DNA of 64,000 bases, from positions 384,001-448,000 of the forward strand of contig CAWDTA010000004.1 of the NCBI GenBank assembly GCA_963805085.1. Reading direction: 5' to 3'. Positions 1-10,171 of the stretch are shown in pieces. Position 1 is the first letter of the stretch. The number at the start of each line of letters is the position of its first letter. The translations under genes and the position numbers were made by a program. The notes under the pieces were generated by a model. It was not told the origin of the DNA. It made no database searches and was given only the letters and a program-made list of their open reading frames with translations. Source of the DNA: an uncultured Veillonellaceae bacterium. GTDB lineage: Bacteria; Bacillota; Negativicutes; JARBTT01.

Positions 1-248
1 TGATCAAGATGAAAAGTAAACGGAATTGTTACTTTCTCCATTGATTTTTGTGCAATCGCAATCAGATATTCTTTATTTGCATAATCAACCGTCGATGGCG
101 TTGCTGCCAAAATAACTGGTGATTTTAATTTTTCGCAAGTTTCTAATACTGTTTGAATTGTTTCAAGGTTATGAATATTAAATGCTGGAACAGCATAGCC
201 ATTCTTTTGTGCATCTAATATCATTTCTTTTGTATTTCTTAATTTCAT
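1..248 (-). CDS. class II tagatose/fructose-1,6-bisphosphate aldolase (GatY/KbaY-like), 5' part; runs off the window
   Basis: Not in the ORF track. Manual translation from ATG at 248: MKLRNTKEMILDAQKNGYAVPAFNIHNLETIQ...SPVILAATPST...FHLDH, containing the class II aldolase motifs AVPAFN and HLDH. It follows a lacAB/PTS operon. Confidence 0.85.
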   Translation of the reverse strand, partial: MKLRNTKEMILDAQKNGYAVPAFNIHNLETIQTVLETCEKLKSPVILAATPSTVDYANKEYLIAIAQKSMEKVTIPFTFHLD

Positions 249-277
249 TTGTTATTTTACTTCCTTTATTTAAAATA

Positions 278-1726
278 TCAATGTTGCTTTCCTGCCGCTA
301 ATTCAACATTTCTCTTTTTCATTTGTCTTGCATACCAGATGAATAACCCTAAGTACACAGCTAAAGAAGTTATCATTTTAATTGCATTTTCAATTGTCAT
401 GTTTCCACCGAATTTACCAACTGCAATCGCAATGAACTTTTCCACAGGTCCTTCTAGTGTAGAATGCGTAATCATCTGTGTTTCTGCAAGTCCCGGAGGA
501 AATGCTCCTACTAGAAGAGCTGTCTTTGTTGCAAATTCTGCAATTGCAGTACCTGCTAATAAGAATACAGGTAACATTAAAGTTCCAATGATGATCATAC
601 GCATCATTCTGCCTCTCGTAACAACCAATAAGGATGGAGTCATCCCCATAGCGATGATACCACCTAACGGCAGTACACCATTGCCTGGTAAAAACAATGC
701 TTCAATCAACATAATTGGTGCAAGTACATTTGCTGCTGCCCAAATTTCTGCTCTAGATGCTAAAAACGGCCAATCAATACCAATATTGAACTGTCTGCCA
801 GCAAATCTTTTGCTCATAAAGTCTGTAATTCCCTGAGATAGTGGTTCAACAGCTGCGATAAACCAGCTGCCCATGAAAGAAAATAATTCCAAACAAACGC
901 CGCCCGTGAAGGCTAGACTAAAAATAGATTTTATATCCTGTTGTCCTAAGATACCAACAAATACTCCTAAATAACAACCAATGGCAAACTTACTGCCCCA
1001 GAAGCCAATTTTTTTATTTAAAGTTGCTGCATCAAAATCATATTTATCGACAAATGGTAAAAGGACATCAAAAATTTTATTCAATACCATCACAATCGGG
1101 TTAAACATAAAGTTCAAATGAGTTGTCGTTGTCGGATTGGATTCCGGCATATTTACTAATTCATTAAATGTCGGTTTCATCAAATCTGAATTGATGAATT
1201 TAAGAACGCCGATGAACAGAACCAAAAGTGAGGCAAGGAATAAATTATCATTAGAATAATACATAACAAGTAATCCAACTACAGACAAATGCCAAACATC
1301 AAAAATATCTACATCTAATGTGTTTGTTTTATTCATCGCAAGCATAACAATGTTCAAAATAACTAAAAGCATTAAGAAATACAATGTATATGCAGAGCCC
1401 CAAGTAATCGTTGCAAGTGGGGCCCAACCAACGTCTGTGATTGATAGCTGAATTCCTGTGGATTTTACAAATCCCTGTAATGCCGGTGCGAATGCACCAG
1501 TTAAAATACCAATGATTGTACCCATACCGGTGAGAGCAATAGCTAATTTCATACCACCTTCTAACGCACGTGTGAATTTCACCTTCATGATTAGAGCTAG
1601 TAAAGTCAACACGATGAACATTACAGGAGGGCCACCTAACGACAAAATTGGTTTGAAAAATTGATTAGAAAACGAAATTAAAATATCCATAAGAACATCC
1701 ATCCCTAATATATAAATTTTATTCAA
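278..1726 (-). CDS. gatC: PTS galactitol/galactose-family EIIC component (true start may be 1702 or 1690)
   Basis: Polytopic membrane protein with GatC motifs DVGWAPLATITW, NTLDVDIFDVWH and AVEPLSQG. Confidence 0.85.
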   Translation of the reverse strand: MNKIYILGMDVLMDILISFSNQFFKPILSLGGPPVMFIVLTLLALIMKVKFTRALEGGMKLAIALTGMGTIIGILTGAFAPALQGFVKSTGIQLSITDVGWAPLATITWGSAYTLYFLMLLVILNIVMLAMNKTNTLDVDIFDVWHLSVVGLLVMYYSNDNLFLASLLVLFIGVLKFINSDLMKPTFNELVNMPESNPTTTTHLNFMFNPIVMVLNKIFDVLLPFVDKYDFDAATLNKKIGFWGSKFAIGCYLGVFVGILGQQDIKSIFSLAFTGGVCLELFSFMGSWFIAAVEPLSQGITDFMSKRFAGRQFNIGIDWPFLASRAEIWAAANVLAPIMLIEALFLPGNGVLPLGGIIAMGMTPSLLVVTRGRMMRMIIIGTLMLPVFLLAGTAIAEFATKTALLVGAFPPGLAETQMITHSTLEGPVEKFIAIAVGKFGGNMTIENAIKMITSLAVYLGLFIWYARQMKKRNVELAAGKQH

Positions 1727-1783
1727 TTAATGTTTATGTAAAATCATCTTTATCGACAAATCAATTTGATATTTACTTTTCTA

Positions 1784-2086
1784 TTATTTGTTTAATCCTT
1801 TAATAGCTTCTTCTAAATTATCAAAAACTGGTCGACTCATTGCTGGAATGCGATATAATATCGGTCCTGCTTCTACAATAGGAATATTGATTTTGAAACC
1901 TACATCTGGCGTTGATATTGGCGTAAAAATATCATATTTTGAAAGCAACTCTTCTGTAATATCCTTTATCATTACAGCATCGGCTTGTACCTGATATCCA
2001 CGGTTGCTCATTTCTTCTTCAATTGCACTTTTGATTTGATGGCTAGAATTGACGCCAGCTCCACAAGCTGCTAAAACGTTAATCAT
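1784..2086 (-). CDS. gatB: PTS galactitol-family EIIB component
   Basis: Phosphorylation loop ACGAGVNSS, 100 aa, between EIIA and EIIC. Confidence 0.85.
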   Translation of the reverse strand: MINVLAACGAGVNSSHQIKSAIEEEMSNRGYQVQADAVMIKDITEELLSKYDIFTPISTPDVGFKINIPIVEAGPILYRIPAMSRPVFDNLEEAIKGLNK

Positions 2087-2121
2087 AATAAAACACTCCT
2101 TATTTATTCTCTATTTGATAT

Positions 2122-2601
2122 TTATAATTTATATTTCTCAACAACTTTATAAAGACTTTCTATCGTCTCCGCTTTTTCTAATGCGTTGATATCATCGACA
2201 TTTGTCACAATCCCCATAATTTTACTTAAGATACCTGCTTGTTCACTATCTGCACTATTGAGAATCATAAACAAATACCGTACATTCTGTAATCTTTGTA
2301 CTGGATTCATCATATTGCCAATTGAAATGCCTTGATTAAGCTTCACCAATACGACTTTTGTCACTTTGCAATGTTCACGTTCCGTATGAGGAATTGCAAC
2401 ATTAGGCAAACATCCTCCGATAATACTTAAATCAATTCCTGTTGGGAATTCTTTCTCACGTTTTTTTATCGATTCTTCATACGAATTTTTCACCAAATTT
2501 GCTTGGGCAAACCTTTTAGCCATTGTACCAAAAGCTTCATCTATATCTTTAAAATCTTCTTGAAATATCAAATTTTCTTCAAATAATTGTTGCTCTGGCA
2601 T
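2122..2601 (-). CDS. gatA: PTS galactitol-family EIIA component
   Basis: REKEFPTG...VAIPHT motif with the phospho-His. Confidence 0.85.
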   Translation of the reverse strand: MPEQQLFEENLIFQEDFKDIDEAFGTMAKRFAQANLVKNSYEESIKKREKEFPTGIDLSIIGGCLPNVAIPHTEREHCKVTKVVLVKLNQGISIGNMMNPVQRLQNVRYLFMILNSADSEQAGILSKIMGIVTNVDDINALEKAETIESLYKVVEKYKL

Positions 2602-2625
2602 ATCGACAACCTCCTACTTCATAAA

Positions 2626-3141
2626 TTAATCGTGGTAAAATCCTTCATCCCATTTTTTCTGAATTTCATCGAAGATTGCGTCGTTTTCGATTGCATCATT
2701 CTCGCCGATTAATCCATCAATTTTCTGAATTAATGCTTGATTTTCAGCGGTTGGTTTATATTTCGCAGCAATAAAGGCATCCAATATATACTCAATTGTA
2801 CCTTCACCCACGACTCTACCACCTACGCCGATTACGTTTGCATTGAGTTCTTCCTTTGCATAAACAGCAGTTTGTACATCTGTGACTAACGCACCACGTA
2901 CACCTTTGATTTTTTCAGCTGCCATATTAATTCCTACCCCAGTACCGCAAATACATACACCCAAATCTACTTGCCCCTTGACAACAGCTACGCCAACTTT
3001 TCTACCAAAAATCGGATAATGTGTACGAACAGAATCATAGGTTCCACAATCTACAACTTCGTGTCCTTGTCCTTGTAAGTATTTTACGGCTTTATTTTTT
3101 ATATCTGTAACGATATGATCACAACCAACTGCAATTTTCAT
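2626..3141 (-). CDS. lacB: galactose-6-phosphate isomerase subunit B
   Basis: [25 protein letters not shown] and C-terminal KWDEGFYHD. Confidence 0.93.
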   Translation of the reverse strand: MKIAVGCDHIVTDIKNKAVKYLQGQGHEVVDCGTYDSVRTHYPIFGRKVGVAVVKGQVDLGVCICGTGVGINMAAEKIKGVRGALVTDVQTAVYAKEELNANVIGVGGRVVGEGTIEYILDAFIAAKYKPTAENQALIQKIDGLIGENDAIENDAIFDEIQKKWDEGFYHD

Positions 3142-3158
3142 TTTTACTCTCCCATCCT

Positions 3159-3578
3159 TTATACTATTTTGTTCAGCATATCAATGCGAACTTGATGTCT
3201 GCCACCATCATATTCAGATTTAGCAAAATTCAAAGCCAATTGACAAGCAAGTTTTTCTGCTGAAATATCTGAACCTAACGTGATGATCTGTGTAGAATTA
3301 TGCATCCTTGTCATTTTTGAAGTATAATCCTCATAAACGGGTGCGCAGATGATGCCATGATGTTTATTCGCAATCATAAATGGTGCAACACCATATTCAT
3401 CAATGACAATTCCTTTATCTGCTGTTTTATTTTTTATTGCTTCAACGACATTGATTGTAGCTTCAAAAATATTAGAAGTAGATTGATCCATCATTTCATA
3501 ATGATTCTTGGCTAAAAACGTTTTAATTTTTTCTTTTAATACCGTGCCTTTTTCATTGGCAGCTATCGCTATTTTCAT
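3159..3578 (-). CDS. lacA: galactose-6-phosphate isomerase subunit A
   Basis: RpiB/LacA fold ([21 protein letters not shown]), directly upstream of lacB; start set at the ATG after GAGG. Confidence 0.9.
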   Translation of the reverse strand: MKIAIAANEKGTVLKEKIKTFLAKNHYEMMDQSTSNIFEATINVVEAIKNKTADKGIVIDEYGVAPFMIANKHHGIICAPVYEDYTSKMTRMHNSTQIITLGSDISAEKLACQLALNFAKSEYDGGRHQVRIDMLNKIV

Positions 3579-3721
3579 CACTAAGACCTCACTCATCAAA
3601 TTTCATTAATTGTTTTGTTAAGTTTTATTTATTAACCCTGACTTCATTATATTTCATTTAGACTCGGTTTTGTTTTCGGCTTTTGGAACAGTTTTCATCA
3701 CAAGAAATAACAGCTTTTTCA

Positions 3722-3750
3722 TTGACAAAGTTCTTATTTCTTCTTAGAAT
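3722..3750 (+). promoter_or_regulatory. sigma-A promoter for the RpiR regulator
   Basis: TTGACA-17bp-TAGAAT. Confidence 0.7.
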
Positions 3751-3811
3751 AAATAGGGGATTTCTATTCTTATACTAACTATCTCCATGAAACAGGAGGG
3801 TATTTGTATTT

Positions 3812-4555
3812 ATGTTAATCAAAATAAATCATTCCTTCTACGATAAGCTTACAGCGACTGAAAAGCAGGTTATTACCTTTATCAATGCAAATACCGATAA
3901 GATCGCTAATATGTCTATCGGCGCGGTGGCCGAGCAGACATTTTCTTCACCAGCAACCGTATCTAGAACCATAAAAAAGTGCGGGATTGATGGTTTCGCT
4001 GAACTGCGATATTTGCTATCTAAAAAAAATTCTGAATCAGAAAATTCCATTCAGGTAAATGAAATCTTAAAAAAATCATTAATGGAAGTAACCAATACGA
4101 TTGAACACATATCAATCGACCAAATTCTCAAATCAGTCGAGCTGATAAAAAAAGCGCCTCGCATTTATATTTTATCTAGAGGCTTAACAATCTTGGTCGC
4201 GCAGGAATTTTCATTAAAATTGCAATTATTGGGATATAATATTTTCCAAATTTCTGATGCCGCCATTATGAAAAAAGTTTCTGCCGATATAAAATTCGAT
4301 GAATTGATGATTATTTTCTCAATCTCTGGAACGACAGAGGAATTGGTAATATCAGCAGAAAACGCAAAGTCAGTCGGAGCAAAATTAATCACTTGCACCT
4401 GTGCTGCAGATTGCCCGCTAGTGAATATGTCCAACATCCCCCTCTGGGGTTATAAACACAAACATACTTCTATCACAACAGTGGATGTAACTTCCCGTTT
4501 TCCTTTGTATGTATTATCAAGAATCCTCATTGACTATTTAATAATACAAAAGTAA
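3812..4555 (+). CDS. RpiR/MurR-family transcriptional regulator (HTH + SIS)
   Basis: LTATEKQV...SPATVSRTIKKCGIDGFAELRY HTH and SIS domain (FSISGTT); divergent from the sugar operon. Confidence 0.9.
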   Translation: MLIKINHSFYDKLTATEKQVITFINANTDKIANMSIGAVAEQTFSSPATVSRTIKKCGIDGFAELRYLLSKKNSESENSIQVNEILKKSLMEVTNTIEHISIDQILKSVELIKKAPRIYILSRGLTILVAQEFSLKLQLLGYNIFQISDAAIMKKVSADIKFDELMIIFSISGTTEELVISAENAKSVGAKLITCTCAADCPLVNMSNIPLWGYKHKHTSITTVDVTSRFPLYVLSRILIDYLIIQK

Positions 4556-4563
4556 ACGATACA

Positions 4564-4609
4564 AGAAATGCACGGAATAACTAATCATTAGTTATTCCGT
4601 GCATTTTTT
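4564..4609 (+). terminator. intrinsic terminator
   Basis: AAATGCACGGAATAACTAAT / ATTAGTTATTCCGTGCATTT inverted repeat followed by Ts. Confidence 0.85.
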
Positions 4610-4681
4610 ATATCGCTAACCTAACTTACTTCTCCTTTACGAACATACAGGAGAATTTTTATTTTATCTCAATTTAATAAA

Positions 4682-4736
4682 TTAACAAAATCATAATATT
4701 TACTTAATACATTTTACCAGCACTTTCAATTATAAT
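4682..4736 (+). promoter_or_regulatory. Pho-box-like (OmpR/PhoP family) direct repeats plus -10 box
   Basis: TTAACA-N5-ATAATA-N5-TTAATA (11-bp period at 4682/4693/4704), TATAAT at 4731, no good -35. Confidence 0.5.
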
Positions 4737-4762
4737 AAAATTAAAGTAAATGAATTTGCGAG

Positions 4763-5860
4763 GTGTTTAGAATGCATACCGTATTGATTTTAACTGTTTC
4801 AATTGGCAACGGTCATAATCAGGCAGCCTTCAACATCAATCAAAAACTTCACGCTGCTGGTTATGAAGTAAAAACAATTGACCTACTACAAACTGAGCAC
4901 TATGGCTTCAATACCTTTTTAAGCAAAGCCTACCAAAAGCTGATTGAATACAAACCAGAACTTTTTCGTCATATTTGTAAAATGAGTAAAATCGACAAAT
5001 TTGATAATGTAAAATATATGCTAGCAAAAATGAATCAGCGCATCATTGACAGATTGGTTAAAAAGTACCAACCTGACATGATTATTTGCACCCATTTTTT
5101 TCCTCTAACTGCTGCAGCAGCATACAAAAAAAAATACTGTTCTTCATTTAAACTGGTTGGCATTGTAACGGACTATATTGTTCATCCCATATGGGAGGTT
5201 GCAAATGTTGACCAGTATTTTGTTGCGCATTCTTCCTTAGTGAAACAATTTAAGCACTGCATTGCCCCTTTAACTATAGTCATTCCCAGTGGCATCCCGA
5301 TCGGCTTAGACTTTATTCCGACGATTAGATCAACCGATATAAATAAAATTTTAGTCATGACGAGTGGTCAAACTGACCAAAGTATGCTGGATATGCTCAC
5401 TGTACTCCAAACATTACCTCGTCATATTGAGATCAGTTTTATTACAGGAAAAGATACAGAACGCAAGAAACAGTTAGATCAACTGACGGCGGACAATACA
5501 AATTTCAAAATATACGGTTTTACCAATCAAGTAGCTTCGTTGATGAAAACTACCGGCCTATTGATCACAAAACCCGGCGGATTAACTGTGACTGAAGCTC
5601 TAGCAACTGCAACGCCATTATTGGTATTTTCACCAATTCCAGGCATTGAGGAAGATAATGCCCGCTTTTTAGAAATGAACCTTTTAGGCTATTGGGCTAG
5701 AAATAAAAATCAGCTAAACGAACTGATCACCGAGCTTTTACAATCTCCTGAAAAACGAATGCTCATATCGCAACGAATGTTGACACTTCAAAACTCTCAA
5801 GCTACAAATAGCATCGTAAATCATTTAACTGCCGATATGGATCATAAGGTGGCATTATGA
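4763..5860 (+). CDS. MGDG synthase / UgtP-like diacylglycerol glycosyltransferase (GT28)
   Basis: SIGNGHNQAA, PDMIICTHFFP, VTDY..HPIW, GIPI, ITKPGGLTVTEAL and PIPGIEEDNA motifs. Confidence 0.85.
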   Translation: MFRMHTVLILTVSIGNGHNQAAFNINQKLHAAGYEVKTIDLLQTEHYGFNTFLSKAYQKLIEYKPELFRHICKMSKIDKFDNVKYMLAKMNQRIIDRLVKKYQPDMIICTHFFPLTAAAAYKKKYCSSFKLVGIVTDYIVHPIWEVANVDQYFVAHSSLVKQFKHCIAPLTIVIPSGIPIGLDFIPTIRSTDINKILVMTSGQTDQSMLDMLTVLQTLPRHIEISFITGKDTERKKQLDQLTADNTNFKIYGFTNQVASLMKTTGLLITKPGGLTVTEALATATPLLVFSPIPGIEEDNARFLEMNLLGYWARNKNQLNELITELLQSPEKRMLISQRMLTLQNSQATNSIVNHLTADMDHKVAL

Positions 5861-6573
5861 TAAAAGCTTCAGTACGCTATCTAAATTTTGGTCTATCTAT
5901 GCTCGGCACATTTTCCGCCCCTATACAATATCTCTTAGAATATCCTCATGACCCTAAATACTTGTGCATCACCCACAAAGCCTGTAATCTGGAAGCATTA
6001 AAACTAATTAAGGCAAGCGGTAATGTGGAGACTTCTGCAATTCTTGAAGACAATTTACTACAATTACAAGAAGGTGTAAAATGGGCAGATTTAGAGTTTA
6101 AAAATATCAATCATTTCTTTGACCCGGTTACACGTAAAGGATTATGGCGCTTCTCACCTAGTGTCTATGACTTTTCCGTCTATCTAAGCAAAGCCTGTCG
6201 CCATGCAAATAACCAAGATATTTCCAGCAGTTTCTTTTACCTAGGTGCTGCTACACATTTATTGCAAGATATGGCTGTTCCCCATCACGTATGTGGTTAT
6301 TTATTCAATGGGCATAAAAAGTTTGAAAACTGGGTGCAATGCCATCTTGAAGAATTTTCTTGTCCTCCAAACCAAATAAAGCAAGTGAAAAAGCCATTAG
6401 ATTTGTTGCTTCATAGTGCTACGATCGCTAGAGAATTCATGTCGCTCGTGGGCGAATCAGCAACCGAAAACCAATATAGGTACGCTGCGCAAAATTTACT
6501 CCCAATTGCGCAAGCCAGCTCCGCTGATTTATTCGAATGGTTTATAAAAACAAAAATATTATTAAAACGTTAA
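5857..6573 (+). CDS. zinc-dependent phospholipase C family protein
   Basis: Zn-ligand pattern TH, WAD, NHFFDP, HLLQD...PHH, H..FE; ATGA overlap with the glycosyltransferase. Confidence 0.8.
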   Translation: MIKASVRYLNFGLSMLGTFSAPIQYLLEYPHDPKYLCITHKACNLEALKLIKASGNVETSAILEDNLLQLQEGVKWADLEFKNINHFFDPVTRKGLWRFSPSVYDFSVYLSKACRHANNQDISSSFFYLGAATHLLQDMAVPHHVCGYLFNGHKKFENWVQCHLEEFSCPPNQIKQVKKPLDLLLHSATIAREFMSLVGESATENQYRYAAQNLLPIAQASSADLFEWFIKTKILLKR

Positions 6574-6582
6574 ACATATATG

Positions 6583-6623
6583 AAAAAGGTGATTGCCTCT
6601 TTATTTGGCCAATCACCTTTTTT
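6583..6623. terminator. bidirectional terminator
   Basis: AAAAAGGTGATTG...CAATCACCTTTTT between convergent genes. Confidence 0.8.
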
Positions 6624-6638
6624 GTATCTTAGTAATAT

Positions 6639-8468
6639 TTATCGTAATGAACTAAACTTAATTTCTCCTTCCTGGACATAAAGAGAAACGTATTTCAATG
6701 TATCTTTAAGAGTTTTTGTCGACGACCCTATCGATATTTTTGTACCAGGATAAATAAAATCAGAAACACGAATTCTACCTGATTTAAGCAGACGAAGAAG
6801 ATTTTCAATGTTCGTTATACGTTGTCTGTTTTCCTCTATTCTTTCTGGCAGAACCTGAAATTCAGCTTCATTCTTTTTGTAACGTTCCAGTTTTACGGCA
6901 ACAAGCCGCTCAACACCTTGTTTTCGAATAAATGAAATTGATCGATCCAATTCTTCATATAAAGTCTCATCTTTTTGGATTTCCGAACGAAGCTTTAACA
7001 ATTCATCCTTTAAAAACGGGTTTATCGAAACTTCAAGTTCTGTAATAACACCTGATTTATTGCCAACGGTAGCAGCACGGATTACTTGTCCCGCTGATAT
7101 CCTTCCGCCACGAATAAGTCCGCGCCGCCCCTCTATTATAACCCTACTACCTGCAAATACATTGCTATTCATAATAAAATCACTGACGATGACATCCTCA
7201 TCAGCATAGACAGTCGCATTTTCTATAAAACCTACTACAAGGCGCTCACGAGCCTTGATAACACCACGGCTCATTCCCTGAATACCATTGCGAACAATAA
7301 TACTATTTGCTTCTACCGTCCCTCCACAAATATTGCCACAAACTTCGACGTTTCCGCCCGCTTTTACACAAAAGTCAGGTTGTACTGTCCCCTTTACAAT
7401 CACACTGCCTTTGAAATCTATGTTTCCCGTATTGTAGTCAACATCGCCTTCAATTACTATAATAGGTATTACATTGATACGCTTGTCGAGAAATACATGT
7501 AAATGTCCATCTATAGCAGCATAAAGACGCCAATTATCAACACAAATAGTATTCTTGCCAACAGGCATAGGGACATCTTTCCCTGGCTTCGGTAAGATTT
7601 CTTTACCAAACACATCTATTCCTGATACACCAGGAGTTGCAGGAACTTTCTCAACTAGAAGCTTTGCTTCTTCCACACAAAGAAAATTATTAGTTTCTTT
7701 AAAATCAACTCGCCCATCTTCCTGTTCCTCTGGGCGCCCTTGGCTATCAGCATCAAAATAATATTTTAAATAAGCCTTTTCTCCACTACGAGGCTCAATA
7801 CCACGAGCACAAACGATATTTTGTGCAAAACGTGTTTGCGTCAAAGTCCCAAGAATACAGTTGTCAATGCCATAGACTACACCAGCATCTCTTAACTTAT
7901 CTGTAAGTTGTGAGATTGTGGCTGTAGGAGCATCCTTAGCTATAGAAATATCAATCATAGCTTCTAGCCGATTGCTTCTTACTTTAACACTAATATTCTG
8001 CACCGGCTCAATTGATGATGAATTAATAATAAGTGCAGGTCTACCACTAGCCTCTTTAATCACATTAAAAACAAAAGTCTGATCAAAATCAGTCAATTTT
8101 CTTTCGCTCAGTTCTTGAAGTATACTGCCCCTTAATACTGCTTTTCCTCCATTTACAGGTGCCCAGACGCAGAGAAAAACTTCCTTATCCGTGATAGTAA
8201 TTTGATACCGTCCATCTTTTTTCAGTAAGCAATTCATAATAAGTGCAGGCATTCCCATAGCTTCCTTAATAACGGTAGAGATGAACGCATGATCAAAATC
8301 CAATAATTTTTTATTCTTTAAATCTTGAATAATAGCAGCCTTTGATACTGGTATTCCGCCGTTAACCGGCGGCCAAACACTGAGAAAAACTTCTGTATCA
8401 GTAACAGCAATCTGATACCGACCGTCCTTAGTCGAGAGAATTATTTTATCCATAAAATACCGCCTCAT
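6639..8468 (-). CDS. FapA/DUF342 family protein with a duplicated N-terminal module
   Basis: DGRVDFKE, IEGDVDYNTGNIDFKGSVIVKG beta-helix repeats and IYPGTKISIG; 70-aa tandem repeat at the N-terminus. Confidence 0.85.
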   Translation of the reverse strand: MRRYFMDKIILSTKDGRYQIAVTDTEVFLSVWPPVNGGIPVSKAAIIQDLKNKKLLDFDHAFISTVIKEAMGMPALIMNCLLKKDGRYQITITDKEVFLCVWAPVNGGKAVLRGSILQELSERKLTDFDQTFVFNVIKEASGRPALIINSSSIEPVQNISVKVRSNRLEAMIDISIAKDAPTATISQLTDKLRDAGVVYGIDNCILGTLTQTRFAQNIVCARGIEPRSGEKAYLKYYFDADSQGRPEEQEDGRVDFKETNNFLCVEEAKLLVEKVPATPGVSGIDVFGKEILPKPGKDVPMPVGKNTICVDNWRLYAAIDGHLHVFLDKRINVIPIIVIEGDVDYNTGNIDFKGSVIVKGTVQPDFCVKAGGNVEVCGNICGGTVEANSIIVRNGIQGMSRGVIKARERLVVGFIENATVYADEDVIVSDFIMNSNVFAGSRVIIEGRRGLIRGGRISAGQVIRAATVGNKSGVITELEVSINPFLKDELLKLRSEIQKDETLYEELDRSISFIRKQGVERLVAVKLERYKKNEAEFQVLPERIEENRQRITNIENLLRLLKSGRIRVSDFIYPGTKISIGSSTKTLKDTLKYVSLYVQEGEIKFSSLR

Positions 8469-8848
8469 GATAATTTATTATATATTCTTGTCTATGCTAC
8501 ACTTACCGACTGGCTCTAACACTGTTATTTCGCAAGTATATTACTACGACTATAAGTACACTAATTTATTTTCTGCGCTATCAAAGCGATGAATGAAAGC
8601 TTTTATAATATATACCTAGATACTCGTGATAAGACTGCTATTTCTTAATAGGAATTTTATCCTAAGTAGGAAAATTACTATAGAACTTTAGTATGTTTTT
8701 AACTAAATTTACATTTTTTGATATTTAAAGTCTCATAAATTCTTTCTTCGAAAACTATAAAATAAGGACTGATAAATCACAAAAGAAAAAGCGCGGTTCA
8801 TTAAAACCACGCTAAAAACTTATTGTCCGTATTCTCTTTTATTCTATT

Positions 8849-10153
8849 TTATGCCGTTATAATATCATGGATTAACCGCGGCACATCAGCCTTGTCTTCA
8901 ATATATATATTTTGATAGATCTTTTCTACAACCTCAGCTACCGCTTCCTGGTTTGCATGAATCGTGGCCAACGATTCTCCTTTGCTAACTTTGTCGCCAA
9001 CTTTTTTATGCAATACTAAACCGACCGCCAAATCAATTTTCGATTCCTTCGTTGCTCGCCCTGCTCCGAGTAACATTGCCGCTGTTCCAATAGCATCAGC
9101 TACGATTCTGGCTACCACACCATCCTTTTTCGCAGGAACTTCAATTCGATAATTGGCCTGTGGCAGCTTATCTGGATAATCAACCACTTCTGGATTGCCA
9201 CCTTGATTTATAATAAACTCTTTGAACTTCGCCAAAGCTTTTCCATTTTGCATTACTTCTTGTAGCATTACTTTTGCCACTTCTAACGAAGTGGCTTTTC
9301 CTGCTAAATAGGACATTTGACTCCCCAAAACTAGGCAAAGTTCCTCCAAATCTTTCGGTCCTTTCCCCTGCAGGGTATCAATTGCCTCTTTGACCTCTAA
9401 TGCATTGCCTATCGCAAAACCTAACGGCTGACTCATATCCGAAATCACTGCCATCGTTTTCCGACCAACATTATTTCCGATCCGCACCATAGCTTCTGCC
9501 AATTCTTTCGCATCTTCTTCAGTTTTCATAAAAGCACCAGCGCCAGTTTTGACATCCAAAACAATAGCATCTGCGCCTGCTGCAATCTTTTTACTCATAA
9601 TCGAACTAGCAATCAAAGGAATGGAGTTAACGGTTGCAGTCACATCACGCAAGGCGTAGAGTTTTTTATCGGCTGGTGTTAAGTTACCACTCTGCCCAAT
9701 AACAGCAATTTTATGATGATTCACCAAATTAATGAATTCTTCTTTTGCAATCTCCACATGAAAACCAGCAATCGACTCTAACTTATCAATCGTACCACCC
9801 GTATGACCAAGCCCGCGACCTGACATCTTTGCCACTGGGACGCCGATAGCCGCCACGAGTGGTGCAAGCACCAAAGTAGTCGTATCACCTACACCACCAG
9901 TAGAATGCTTGTCAACCTTAATTCCTTCAATCGCTGATAGATCGATCGTATCCCCTGACTCAACCATTGCCATCGTTAAATCGGCACGCTCTTTCTCAGT
10001 CATATCTTGAAAAAAGATTGCCATTGCCAAAGCACTCACTTGATAATCAGGTATTGTGCCTTTTGTATAACCTTTAATAATAAAGTTAATCTCAGCGGTT
10101 GTTAGCTCTTTTCCATCCCGTTTTTTCTCGATCAAATCTACCATTCTCATCAA
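8849..10153 (-). CDS. pdp: pyrimidine-nucleoside phosphorylase
   Basis: [46 protein letters not shown]. Confidence 0.97.
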   Translation of the reverse strand: MMRMVDLIEKKRDGKELTTAEINFIIKGYTKGTIPDYQVSALAMAIFFQDMTEKERADLTMAMVESGDTIDLSAIEGIKVDKHSTGGVGDTTTLVLAPLVAAIGVPVAKMSGRGLGHTGGTIDKLESIAGFHVEIAKEEFINLVNHHKIAVIGQSGNLTPADKKLYALRDVTATVNSIPLIASSIMSKKIAAGADAIVLDVKTGAGAFMKTEEDAKELAEAMVRIGNNVGRKTMAVISDMSQPLGFAIGNALEVKEAIDTLQGKGPKDLEELCLVLGSQMSYLAGKATSLEVAKVMLQEVMQNGKALAKFKEFIINQGGNPEVVDYPDKLPQANYRIEVPAKKDGVVARIVADAIGTAAMLLGAGRATKESKIDLAVGLVLHKKVGDKVSKGESLATIHANQEAVAEVVEKIYQNIYIEDKADVPRLIHDIITA

Positions 10154-10171
10154 AAATTCTCTCCCCTCGAA

